Origin: Nageia nagi
Taxonomy: Eukaryota; Plantae; Pinophyta
Direction of reading: 5' to 3'
Length of the DNA: 64,000 nucleotides
Assembly: GCA_050084985.1 (NCBI GenBank)
Contig: JBITNC010000002.1
Span: forward strand, 6,386,001-6,450,000
Positions 1-11,476 of the stretch are shown here, piece after piece. The notes beneath the pieces were generated by a model. It was given only the letters and a program-made list of their open reading frames with translations. It searched no databases and was not told where the DNA came from. Every line of letters begins with the position of its first letter. Within the stretch, counting starts at the first letter, position 1. Both the position numbers and the translations under genes were made by a program.

Positions 1-1020
1 TTATTGATGAGCAGTAAAAGATTTGGAGAAAGGGATACAACATTCTTAGTGATGGTTGGAACGATGTACATGGAAGAAAATTGTTGAACGTTTTGGTTTC
101 TTCTCTAGGAGGTCTAGTATTCCTGAATTCAGTGGATGCATCAGGACATATAGAAAGTGTTGATTATTTATTTGGCCAACTACAGGAGGTTATTGAGGAT
201 GTGGGGGTTGAGAACATTTTGTAGGTAAATTTTATGTCTATTTTATCTTAATTTTTTAAATTATTTTGTATAGATTATTATTTTTTGATTTAAATTTTTA
301 AGAATTAATTCATCTCCATTTAAATTTTATGTTGAGTAGGTTATCACGAATAACACTTCTACATACATTTCAGTCGAGAAGATGATTGAGGATGCATTAC
401 CCACCATTTCCTAGACTCCTTGTGCTACACATCCTTGATTTACTTCTCAAGGACATTGGAAAGATTAACTAGATCAAGGATATTGTAGAAAAAGCAAAGA
501 ATATCACCAAATATATCTACAATTATTCTTGGGTCCCTAATTTGATGAGAACAAAATTTATAGAAGGAAAGGGACTAGTGCATGTAGGTAAAGTTTCTAT
601 CATTTCTTAATTTTCATTTCATTTATTTTCACTTTTTTGAATTTTTAGATTTTCTGACATTTGCATGCAAAGGCTACACGATTTTCAACATCATTTCTTT
701 CATTGCAGAGTGTTTATAACAAACGAGTTGCATTGAAGCAAATGCTTGTGTGTGACAAGTGGATGGAGTCTAGATATGCATGTGAATCAAATAACAAGAA
801 TGTTGTGAATGTAATCTTTTGAGTATGATTATGGGACGATAGCACGAGGTTATTAAGGATTAATTCTATTTCAACTTTTCAACTATCAATGTTTAATTAA
901 TTAAAGTTTTTATTAATTTTGTTGCATAAGTTGCTTTGCAAATTTTAGAACCGTTAGTGAAGGTGCTTCGCCTTGTGGACTTAGACAAACCTTCTATGGG
1001 AAACTTGTATGAGGAAATTA
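1..1020 (+). pseudogene. hAT-superfamily transposase relic (DUF659 region) with short introns
   Basis: Translates as TILSDGWNDVHGRKLLNVLVSS..VFLNSVDASG..EVIEDVGVENIL, then VITNN..TPCATH..LLLKDIGK, ATRFST and EPLVKVLRLVD.DKPSMGNLYE. AT-rich interruptions at 225-339 (GT..AG), about 588-670 and about 858-930. Contains stops and frameshifts. Confidence 0.85.
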
Positions 1021-1186
1021 GGCTCAAGGGGCATGCTAGAGGTCTCAAAGTTTCTATATGTGATAGCATTACGCTATACTTCTCCTTGACCTTTCACACT
1101 TTAACTATGATTGACCACAACTATGCTTTTGATTCATTGTGATATTGTTAGGTACCGAAAGGTTTTAGCCCATTCTTCAAGGAATT

Positions 1187-1536
1187 TGTTAGAAATCAGA
1201 AGCACACTGTAGTAACAGAAAGTAACTCAAAAGTAACACAGATCTTTATATTGAAATCCTTGCAATGTGCATGGAAAAATCACATGGCAATGTCATCATA
1301 GATCTTTTATTAATTTCAAAAATTCGCACTATTACAATGCCAAGAGGCATTCCCTAGTTATAGAAAAATAGGAAGGTTCCACAATAGTTGTGCATCTGAA
1401 AATAGGATTTAAAAAATTAGCCACAATTAATAATATCCATGCTAAATAATAGTTGTGCACTATTAATAAAAACATGCTAAAAATAATTGTATAGATGGGA
1501 AAAATTTCGATAAGGGGCTACCACCCTCGAACTCCA
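1187..1536 (-). mobile_element. Copia-like LTR fragment
   Basis: On the minus strand it starts with TG directly after a purine tract (GGGAGGGGAA) and ends ..TTCTAACA. No partner LTR or TSD found. Confidence 0.35.
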
Positions 1537-1543
1537 TTCCCCT

Positions 1544-1782
1544 CCCGCCTTGGCTGCATATCAATGCAACAAATTTTGCACATCGCTCGTGGAGGTGGCT
1601 TGTCAAGGGGCACACCGTTATGCACCATACACCACCATGTTGCCGCACCCATGCACCACCATGAGAGATATGGATATTTGACTTCACCTCCTAACAAATT
1701 TCTTTTAGTGGAAAGCCCCACACGACATAGTAAAAACACCCTTCCTTTATATATGTAGGTGCCTTCGACTTACCTTGTTAGG
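1544..1782. repeat. 239-bp direct repeat, copy 1
   Basis: Ungapped match to 8508-8746, with 9 substitutions counted by eye. Confidence 0.95.
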
Positions 1783-3239
1783 GTACCTTGCCATCCTAGA
1801 TCGGTAGAAATATAAAAGCCAAAACCGACGTCCATGCCACTTGCTACAGCGCCAATGTCATGTCCATTCAAGATGTGCCCTACTTGTACATGTGTTGGCT
1901 CCAACATCTACTTGCTAAATACCTAGACCAAGCTAAGACTTGCCCTCAGTAAGAAAGAGCAAAAACTGTAGTTAATACATCATCATGGGGGATGTTCTGA
2001 ATAGTAGGTAGAGCCTCAACATCTTGGTAATTTTTGTCTGCTGTCTTTTTGGTGCCATCATATAGAGAGAGAACTTTAAGGGCTGCATCTAGTATGTTGT
2101 TTGGATTAGCAATATTAAGACGTTTGACATTATTTCACATCAGCCAATTAAAGCAATCTTCTTTTCCTTCTAAAAACTTGTAAAGATGGTTTAGAATTCC
2201 ACTAGATGTGTTAGCAGGGCTGCAAAATACTCTGAAAATGCTTCCATGAAACTGTAAGCTGGTCCCATTGGGTAAGCAATAAATTATCTTTTAATTGGCC
2301 TTTGGTAATATCATGCACCCTTATTCAGTGTATTTGGATGAAATAATAAACTCTTAGGTCAACCTCGGAGGCAGTTGACTCCTAAGTTTACTTGAAATGG
2401 GAAGTGAAAAAAGCAGAAAAGAAGGACAAAGTAAAGAAAAGGCCATAAAAAGAAGTAAAATTTTGGTTGCAGCAATTTATCTCAAGTAAAGTTCCAATGC
2501 AGACTGTATCTTGCAAACAACCACAGATTAAATCAACTAGATTAAACACAATTCCTTTTTAATTAAACTAATGTAGATCCAAAATTACAATGATGAAATT
2601 CATATGAAAAAGTAATTGTGAACTATATCCATAGTACCATACTTTAGTCAATTGGAATGGCCAAAAACAATCATTTACAACATTCTAATTAATGAACGGA
2701 TTTAGCAACATGAATTGGAAGAGATCAAACAATTTTGAATTATATTGTAGCCTTCATACAAGCTTATTCTCAAAGGGTAAACTTTGAAGATTTTAGATCT
2801 TTTCTATAATTTTTGGATCTCTTATTTATATATAATATTTCAAAGAAGTAATTATTGTGCTCGTTTAAGATAGGAATAATACCAATCACACTGTTTATGC
2901 AAATTGGATGGGTAAAGAAAACAAAATCTCATAACAATTATAATGATTGACTCTGTTTCCATTATGCTGTGGGAGTTGACCATTGAGTGCTACTTTAGTA
3001 ATCACAGAAGTCCAGCCCTGTGGCTTGATCCCATAGCAATTGCCTTTCCACATGTTTGTTGTACTTGTGGCTGTTGAGTGGGTGGGGTCATGTTTTGGTC
3101 CATTGGATTGATCTTGATCTACAAATAACGGCCAAGACTTTGTGGAGGGATGACATCATCTCTTAGGATTCCAACTATGGCTTTCTTTGAAGCTTTGAGT
3201 CACTATGTGATATTGACGTGGCAAAAGGGGCAGATTCAT

Positions 3240-3349
3240 TTTGAAATTACTAAGATTGGAACTTTTCGTTGTGACTGTTGAAATTACTAAGACCAGAAAT
3301 TTTAGTCCTGTCCGTTGACGTTACTAAGACCGAAACTATTAGTCCTGGC
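3240..3349. repeat. 37-bp tandem repeat, 3 copies
   Basis: Unit (G)TTGAAATTACTAAGACC.GAA.TTTTAGTCCTG.. recurs three times. Confidence 0.8.
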
Positions 3350-3550
3350 ATGTAGAAAGCAAAAGGTCCAGAACTTGTTGTTTTTAAGTTTCTTGAAATG
3401 TTTGATAACATCATTTTATTTCGAAGTTTTAACTATAAGCTTCAAGGGCTTAATACTTTAATTGGGAACCTAATTTCGTCCGGAAATTCTTAGCTCATCA
3501 CAAAAAGCTACTGGAAAACCTAATTTCAACTTGAAATGCTCAATTCATTA

Positions 3551-4400
3551 CTAAAACTGAAGATCTTTATCCATGATTATAACAGGCATCTTGGAAGACA
3601 ACCTTGTTGGATAAATGGAACAATTCATTAATTTTATCTTTTGTTTGCATTGAATGATTTCAAAAACACTACCAGCTGTCAAAGATACAAGAAAATTCAC
3701 TATTGTTATATTCTTGCCATCAGTCCATCCATCAGATATTACGGTGCAGTTCATTGACACACAAATTACATGTTGCTTTTCCGTTTGTATGGACCTATCA
3801 TGTCTTCTGTCAGAGTTTCTCCTCTAATAGCCTCATATCTGAGGACTTTGAACAAAATACCACAATCAGAAAGGACATTGGTAAGTGTTTACCATGGAGG
3901 TGACCTTGGTACAGTGAAGGGCATGTTGGAATAGAACCGAAAATTTCTAATTGGTTTCTTATGTTGCTTATGATTTCCAATTGCAAGTGAATCTTTTGAG
4001 TGATCATTGTTAGGAGCACTGCAAGGGACAAAACATGAATGCAGTTTATTTCCAGCTACACCAGAAGAGCAGCTGGGAGTAATAACAAAAGGGCTAGCGC
4101 TGCTAGCTGTTGCAGTCAACTAGTCTAAACTTAATTTACAACAGACTTTGTTTCAAGATTTTCTTCTTCCTAATTTTTTCCTAGATTCTTTTCCTGTTCA
4201 CTGTTTCTTGGAAATCCTCCAAGAGTTCATTTGTGCACCTATAGAGGAACTTTGTTAAATAAGTGTGCATTGTTGTCCTGTATTGTATGTAACCTGCTAA
4301 TGCCTCCAAAACTCTTCTTCGAACATTAATTGCATTCCAACTATGCTTCTAATATTTCCTTGTGGATCTATGTTGGATCTCTCTTCTCATACAATGTTTT
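3551..4400 (-). pseudogene. Second hAT transposase relic (N-terminal part to DUF659)
   Basis: CTVISDGWTDGKNITIVNFLVS..GSVF at 3660-3750, with a degraded BED-finger-like FGGISRL segment upstream near 4290-4310. Many frameshifts. Confidence 0.75.
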
Positions 4401-4779
4401 TGGTTGAAATCCATAACGGTTTTATTTTTAGTTTGGGAAGAAAAATAACTGAGTTAAAATGAAAGAAACAGCTGGGATATGTTGTGCCCGCACAACACAC
4501 TCCAAGGTGCAGCATTTTGGGGACCTAATTTTTGCAAAGGCAATAAAGGATATTGCCTAGGAATGATTAAACTACGGACGATATGGAAATTCATAGTGGC
4601 CAGATGATCGAACAGTGCGTGAGAATACCCCTAGAGTTATGAAGACAGTTCAGCCTATCTAGTGGCCAAATCAAAGCCCGATTTCAAGGGACATCTCATA
4701 GAATGGAGTTTTGGGTCACGATAGCGATTGGAAAATGGAGTTTTTCAGGAAATGGCGAGTATGGTGGGAAAAGTGCATT

Positions 4780-5080
4780 TTGGTCAATTTTGAGCTTGGA
4801 AATGGCAAGTTTAACGAAAGTGAGTGTTTTAGTCAACTTTGAGCTCGGAAATGGTCAGTATGGTAAAAATGTGCATTTTTGTAGTGTTTGAGCTTGGAAA
4901 GCCAGAAATGATCGTTTTTGCACACTTTATGCTCGAAAATGCTGGAAATATACAATTTGAGCTTGGAAGAGTTGGAAAGTATGTTTTGGTCGAGTTTGAG
5001 CTTGGAAAGGATGGAAACGACCGGAAGTGTAAAGTTTGAGCTCGGAATTGATTAGAAATGCAAGTTTGAGCATCCTTAGG
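4780..5080. repeat. Degenerate minisatellite (30-50 bp period)
   Basis: Core TTTGAGCT(T/C)GGAAA recurs about 8 times. Confidence 0.75.
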
Positions 5081-5176
5081 GGACAAAATCAAAAGATAAG
5101 AGTTTTGACTTCCAACAAGTGTTGAGTTGAGCTTAGACATAGAAAAGTGAGTTTTTTCAAACAAGTTGAAATGCAA

Positions 5177-6800
5177 ATCTAAGAGAAAGGTGTGATGCCA
5201 AATGACAAATTAGGCAACTTTGCTCTCTTGGAAAATTCGAAAAAACTCAAGTTTTGCCCTCCGAAATCCTGGGGGGGGGGAGGTTTGCCAACTTATAGCT
5301 CTTTTCCAAGATTCTCAAAAAAGGCCTATCTTTCCCAAAACCAGCGCCTACCTTTTGGGAGGCCTAAATTGATTCAAATTTGAAATTTTTGAGCTTGGGA
5401 GAATGGAGTATGCAATTCTACATCAAATTGGTCTTTCAAGTTTGCAATTTAGACAAGATTTGCTCCCTCAAAAGTGAAAAAAAACAGAAAAATGAGAAAA
5501 GAGGAGTAAAAGGGCAGCCAATAGAAATGCTTGAAATTTTCCAAAATTTCATAAATTAGCAAATCAAAATCTAAGAAAGGTGTGATGTCAAATTCAATTT
5601 TAGGTACCTTTGCTCTTGAAAAATTTGGAAAAACAGAAAAACATGCCTCTCCTAATCCTTGGCGCAGGTTTGCCAACTTATACTCCATTTTTCAAAATCT
5701 CGAAAATGGCCTATCTTTTTGAAAACCAGCGCCAAGCATTCTTGCACCCCAAAATTGATAAAAAGTGAAAATTTTCACCTTCATGTGGTGTAGGATGGGA
5801 TTTCACACATGTTTGATATTTTAAGTTTTCCCAAAGAGTGAGATCTAGTCTTCCAAAATCATCAAAAAGTGGGCAGCCAATGGGAGAGCTTGAAAATTTT
5901 CCAAATTTTCAAAAATTGGCAAAATTGAAAAAGAAGAGAGAGGTAAGGTGGAAAATCCAAAGATGAGCAACTTTGCTCTTGGAAGTTCCAAAATTACTAA
6001 ATTTTTGCCCTTCAAAAGTTAGGCGCAGGTTTGCCAACTTATGGGCCATTTTTTGAAATTTCAAAATCTCCCTATCTTTCCTAAAACCTGCCCCAAGCAT
6101 GGAGGCCCCCAAATTTTGTCAAAAATCAAAATTTTTGATCATAGGAGCATGGGAAATTCAATTTTGTACGAGTTTGATGTTATAAGTTTTTGGAAAAAAG
6201 TGGATCTACTCCTTCAAAATCGTGAAAAAATGGGCAGCCAATGAGAGAGCTTGAAAATTTTCCCAAATTTTCAAAAATTGAAAAATCAAAATTGGAGAGA
6301 AAGGTAGGGTGGCAAATGGCAAATTGAGCAACTTTGCTCTTGAAAGTATTAAAAATGAGCAAAAATTTCCCCCCTAATTCTTAGGCGCTGGTTTTCCAAG
6401 TTATCGACCTTTTGAAACTTTGAAAAAGCTCCTTATGACTTGCAAAACCTGCACCAAGCCTTCTTGCCCCCCAAAACTTGCCAAAATTGCAATTTTATGT
6501 CTCCATGAACTAGGTCGTGTGATTCTACACCATTTTGGTATTCAATTGTGCAATTTGGACAAGAAAAACTCCTCCAAACCATGGATTTGTCCTCTAAAAT
6601 GATTCAAAAGCTGAAAAGATCAAATATTTGGATATTTTATTCAAAAATATCAAAATTTAGAATCCAAATGTGAAGCATGGATGTTAAGGAGCACGCAAAA
6701 ACCTTCAACTTTGACTCAAGGAGCATGCAAATTGGCCCAAACCTCCTCCTCCTAATCCTAGGCGCAGGTTTGGCATGTTTTCAAGCATCTTGAGCATTTT
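5177..6800. repeat. Degenerate tandem array of about 360-390 bp, about 5 copies
   Basis: Anchor CAACTTTGCTCTT-like motif near 5215, 5606, 5968, 6329 and 6707, each followed by a GGCGCAGGTTTGCCAACTTAT-like motif. Confidence 0.85.
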
Positions 6801-6896
6801 CCCAACGTTGGGTATGAGCAGGAAACATCAAAAAGGCAAAATTTGACTTTTAGGGTTGATTTGGTGTTGACATGTGGCATTTTTGGGCCCTAAAGT

Positions 6897-6905
6897 CTAT
6901 AAATA
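6897..6905 (+). promoter_or_regulatory. Putative TATA box for the retroelement accessory ORF
   Basis: CTATAAATA followed by a CT-rich leader, lying between the tandem array and the ORF. Confidence 0.4.
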
Positions 6906-7777
6906 TGCTCTCACCCCTCCATTTCTCTCAGTATCCTCATTTGCACCCTCATGCTACCAAATTTTTGGAAAATTAGAGAGCTAAAGCAAGAAGGAAACTG
7001 AACGTTCAGGCTTGGAGGAGAATTTGAAGCCATAACACCATTGCCATTCACCCAAATACCATCAAACTTCATGATCCAAGCACCCTCCGACACACGTAAA
7101 CTCCTTTTTTGAAGTTTTTGTGGATTTATGCTCCAAAACCCAATTCTTCAAGATCCCAAACCCTTGAAATATATATTTTTTAGAATTCAAGTTTGATCAT
7201 TTAATTGGATACCCATTATCCTTTTGATCATCTTTTATTTTCAGCCCAAAAAGTGAAAAAAATAGAAAAAATATCTATGATCCAAGATTTGAGTGCCTAA
7301 AATCCAAAATTTTTTGATTTTTTTTTCAAAAAATCTATAAAAATTTTCGAAGGCCTGTAAAAAGTGTTTTTAAGTCTGAATTGGCCATTTCAAAATTTAA
7401 AACACCTTCCCTACCCATTCCCCATCTACTTAAGGTGTTAAAAACCAATTCCAGCACCATTTGGCAAATTTGCCAAAATTCACCCTCTTTTCTTTGCAAA
7501 ATTTCTTGAACATCTTTCTGAGCTAAAATTTGAAAGTCTTCCAAAAATTCCAATTCTTTGGAAATCTTTTCCAAGGCATCTCCCCCTAAGTCAATTACCT
7601 TAGTGTTATTCCAAACTCACTCAAAAGACCTTGAAACTTTGCAAATTTTGGCACTCTTGATGATGGCACACTTAGAATAAAATCCAAATTTTCCAATATT
7701 CCTCTTTTTGCCCAGAAAGTGCCAAAAACTTGTTAGGACTCTTCTAGCTCAATATTGTTCACTTAAACAAGGACGAG

Positions 7778-8507
7778 ATGGCGTTAGTTGCACAAAATAT
7801 CAAAGACAAAAAGCAACGAAGGCTCATAATGAATAGCCCCATCACACTCGAACATACAACAGAGCCCGTGATGCCTATTGTAAAGATCATTGACCTATTG
7901 AGTGAGATTGGAGATACATATTGTAACTCTTTGGATCCAATAAAGACTTTGTTAAAAATACAGATGATGGATCCAACTACACTAGTAAAGGACACACTGA
8001 AAACCTCTTTGCTAGTAAAAGCATCTATGGTGCCATTTGCCTCACCCTTCCCTGAGCTTTGTTACAAGCTAGGAAAGCATTTTGACACCAGAAGGCGGAG
8101 ACTCCTTGATAGAAACAATGTGGTGATCATGGACTTCTCCGAAAATGGAATAGAAAAGGCCTTCACTTAGACAAGTGGAGGCATATCATACAACGTGCAA
8201 GATTCCATGAGATTCTACAAAAGTCTGAAACCTTCGTCTGATCTAATCAAAGATTGGTTGGCCAATTATCTTAAGCATCTCACTGGAAAAGCCTTGGCAT
8301 CACCTAACAAAGGAGAATTCTATCCAATAGTCTCCATAATCATAGCAATGCTCTCCAGAGTGACTGAACAAAAAGACGAAACCAAATTCCAGTAAAAATT
8401 CACTAAGTTTATAGATTTAATCAGTAGTGGTAAAGGCATAAGGTGGAGTAGAGTGATCAGTGATACCTTGGCTTAGCAATTGAAAAACATACAAAGGAGC
8501 AAATCCC
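7778..8507 (+). pseudogene. Gypsy-associated accessory ORF relic, function unknown
   Basis: Track ORFs at 7778, 8195 and 8480 are in one frame, separated only by TAG/TAA stops (IGDT..FPEL..HFD..; WSRVISDTLA*QLKNI). Truncated at the 239-bp repeat. The family assignment comes from recalled resemblance to gymnosperm retroelement proteins. Confidence 0.6.
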
Positions 8508-8746
8508 CCCGCCTTGGCTGCATATCAATGCAACAAACTTTGGACATCGCTTGTGGAGGTGGCTTGTCAAGAGGCACACCGTTATTCACCATACACCACC
8601 ATATTGCCACACCCATGCACCACCATGAGAGATATGGATATTTGACTTCACCTCCTAACAAATTTCTCTTAGTGGAAAGCCCCACACGATATAGTAAAAA
8701 CACCCTTCCTTTATATATGTAGGTGCCTTCGACTTACCTTGTTAGG
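8508..8746. repeat. 239-bp direct repeat, copy 2
   Basis: Matches 1544-1782. Confidence 0.95.
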
Positions 8747-8749
8747 TTG

Positions 8750-10110
8750 CCATTAGCTATTTCAAATTATGTTTCCTTTAGCCTCAAGTCCTGGTTCGAG
8801 AGTCTACCCACTCTCTTTTCCACCCTTAGGTCAACCCCTGCTTTTCATTTGCTTCTAGTTTGGGTGCCCACTGAGGGCTCTACTTCCTACATGGTATTTC
8901 TTACAGGGGGATCAAATTCTTTTGAATTGATGATGTTTCTTTCAACACAATAAATTGTGTTTCAGGTACTACATCCACATCTTGAGATGGTAGAATTACT
9001 TCTACTTCCAAAGGAATCTCCTCAGGGCTTAAACAATCAAATATATTTTGTTAACAAATATCCGAGATGGTTGGGCCAGAAGGCCTGCATACCTTTCATG
9101 TTGGACCGTTGTCTGGAAAGGAAGATTTCTATCCCTGTGCTCCTGTTATGGTTCCTCTAATGTTGTTGATTCCTCTAGCTTTCTGGCAAGATATTACTCC
9201 AGTTTTTCTCCTCCAACCTTCTCCTTCTGAGGAGAGCATTTAGGTCCAGATGGGCCTGCAACGTCGGTTTGTGCTGGCTTCCTCTTCCATGTTCTTCTTG
9301 GAGCAAGTTCCTTTCGGCTCATTGGGCAAGATTTGGAGAGATGTCCTGTTTTACCACAGGAAGAACACACAGAAGGTCTGTTCTCATACTCAATCTACTG
9401 TGTCTATTTTTCCAAGTTCCTTTCGGCTCATTCGGCAAGATTTGGAGAGATGTCCTGTTTAACCACAGGAAGAACACAGAGAAGGTCTGTTCTCATTCTC
9501 AATCTCCTGTGTTTATTTTTCAAAATCAGAAACTAAATCAATGGAACGCAAAAGTTCCTTTACCATATCAAGGGTGACACATATTCTCGTATGAACCATT
9601 CGTGATTTCCACTTGTTGGCGGAGTCAATCATTATTGGATCTCCAATTGCTCGGGCTATCCTCAATAATATTTCACTGTGCCAGTAGTGTAAGGGTAGAC
9701 CTGGCAGTGTAATCCAGACTGAAACTGTGTTGATGCTTTGTGTGTTGGGATTAAAATGTGGTCCCCATTTCCTCAGGGAGAGCCCTCACTTTCCAAAGAA
9801 CCAGGGGCCTCCTGCTAAAATGCTGTTTAAATCTATTTCTAGCTGGAGTTCACCATAAAGAAATCCTTAGACATTGCTACTATCTCCATATGACCTTGGC
9901 GTGGCCACTTGAAGATAGCCCACCAATGAATAGTGTCAATATCTGGCCTAGACTCGAGAAATTTGCCGACCAGGTTATTTCCCCATGATCAATTGTGATC
10001 TTCAAGAGTTTCATGGGGATATGAAGAATCCCCTTGTCCGATGAGACACTTCAATGTTGCTGTATGACAGCTAACAATGGTTTTTCATTAATCTTCGGCT
10101 ATGTTCCTTG
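8750..10110 (-). mobile_element. L1-type LINE ORF1 relic (DUF4283 plus zinc knuckle)
   Basis: Minus strand reads GPWFFGK*GLSLRKW.PHFNP..VWITLPGLPLHYWHSEILLRIARAIG..RICV, then CSSCGKTGHLSKSC. Confidence 0.9.
9304..9521. repeat. 109-bp tandem duplication of the LINE zinc knuckle
   Basis: 9304-9412 and 9413-9521 are near-identical. Confidence 0.95.
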
Positions 10111-10695
10111 TCCTAGAAAATTCTTGCATTTCTTTCTATACAAATAGACCATGGTATGTGTACATGGCTGTTTTCCATTTGCATTGCATTTCTTAGCTAT
10201 TGGTCATTCAGAAATAATGAGGTAGTGTAGCTCTTGTGGTATGCACCATGCATAATAACACCATATGGATAGCTTTTGCCAGAGTAATTGGGAAAATTCA
10301 CAATGGATAAGCAGGTGTTAAAAGTTTTCTTCCTCTCTATGGAATAGACAGCATTCGGATGCTCCTGTGAATCCCTTTTTTTGAATATTTTTGTATAATG
10401 ATTTTGTTATTCAGAGTCAGCCATATGAATGCTTTGGCTTTTACCCATCCAGGGAAGAAGCATATTTCGTTCAGAGCCTCATCTGCATCTGATTTATTGT
10501 TGAAACTTTGGTTATATATCCTTCCTTAACATAAATTTTCCCTGATGGGGCATTTGTCTTTACTCGATAATCTTCTGCCTGACTCTTTAGGGTGGTTTCT
10601 CTTTTAATATTTCATCTAGACTTGCCTGTTGCTGTCTTATCAGATGTTACTAGATTTTGTAACGAAGTATAACCATTGATTGTTTGGCTGCTTGT

Positions 10696-11194
10696 TGTTG
10701 GGATTAGGTGTCATTCATCTTGCAAATCCTAATTATATATTTCAATTAATTTCTTTGTATTATTTGTGGACCCATACATGAATCATCCGCCTTGATGTGG
10801 CAATTTATGTCACATGTAATATTTATTAATAGTATCTAAGGAGGGAGAACACAGTGAACTAGAAAACAAAGTGCTCATGGTTGTTGCTTGTGACTAAGGA
10901 GTGATACTTACTCAGCAATTGTATTATAACCACGGTGTTGTTGTTTATGGAATAATACGGTGTTGCTTTTTACGGAATAATACAGTGGGTGCTCCCTTGT
11001 TACTGGGTTTTTTTCTAAAAGGGTTTTCCTACGGTACATACTGAGTCATATGCGATTTTTGAAGTGTTGCGCATGTTGTCGCAAACAGTTTGCATTTTAT
11101 TGCATGTTTATTTTCTTTAGTAGTTTTAGGTTGACTTGCATTTTATTGCATGTTTATCATTCTTGCTGAGATTGTTAGATTCTAATTTCTAACC
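10696..11194 (+). mobile_element. Copia-like solo LTR in the PPR intron
   Basis: Termini TGTTGG...TTCTAAC(C), with a GGGTTTTTT..AAGGGTTTTCC motif typical of Copia LTRs. No TSD found. Confidence 0.45.
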
Positions 11195-11476
11195 TATTTT
11201 GCACTTGTTTCCTCTAAAGATTTAAGTAGGAAGTTCCACGTTTTATCTGGCTTCCTTTCAGTTGTATGGAACTACATTAATTAAATTGAATATGAACATA
11301 TGCATGAATTAAAGGACTTCATTATTGCTAATTTGTGACGATATGTCTTAAACTGCAAATCCTATAAGAAATCACATGTTTCTGTTATTTTCAAGCGTTC
11401 TTTACTTTTGGTGATTCGCCTCTTGCCTATGGTGAATTTAGTTACACTAATACTATTTATGAAATTTATATTTCAG

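Noticed and set aside
1495-1758. His-rich and Trp/Cys-rich small ORFs open on both strands in both 239-bp copies, as a novel peptide gene
   Set aside because: With only 9 substitutions, frames staying open is expected by chance. Most changes are non-synonymous and the starts lie outside the shared unit or are non-ATG.
1907-3239. Possible upstream exon of the PPR gene
   Set aside because: No open frame with recognisable similarity to the N-terminal region of homologues, bounded by splice sites, was found by eye.
11408-11476. First 23 aa of the 372-aa ORF as the PPR N-terminus
   Set aside because: Non-ATG start, intron-like AT-rich sequence ending in TTTCAG, and homology begins after the acceptor.
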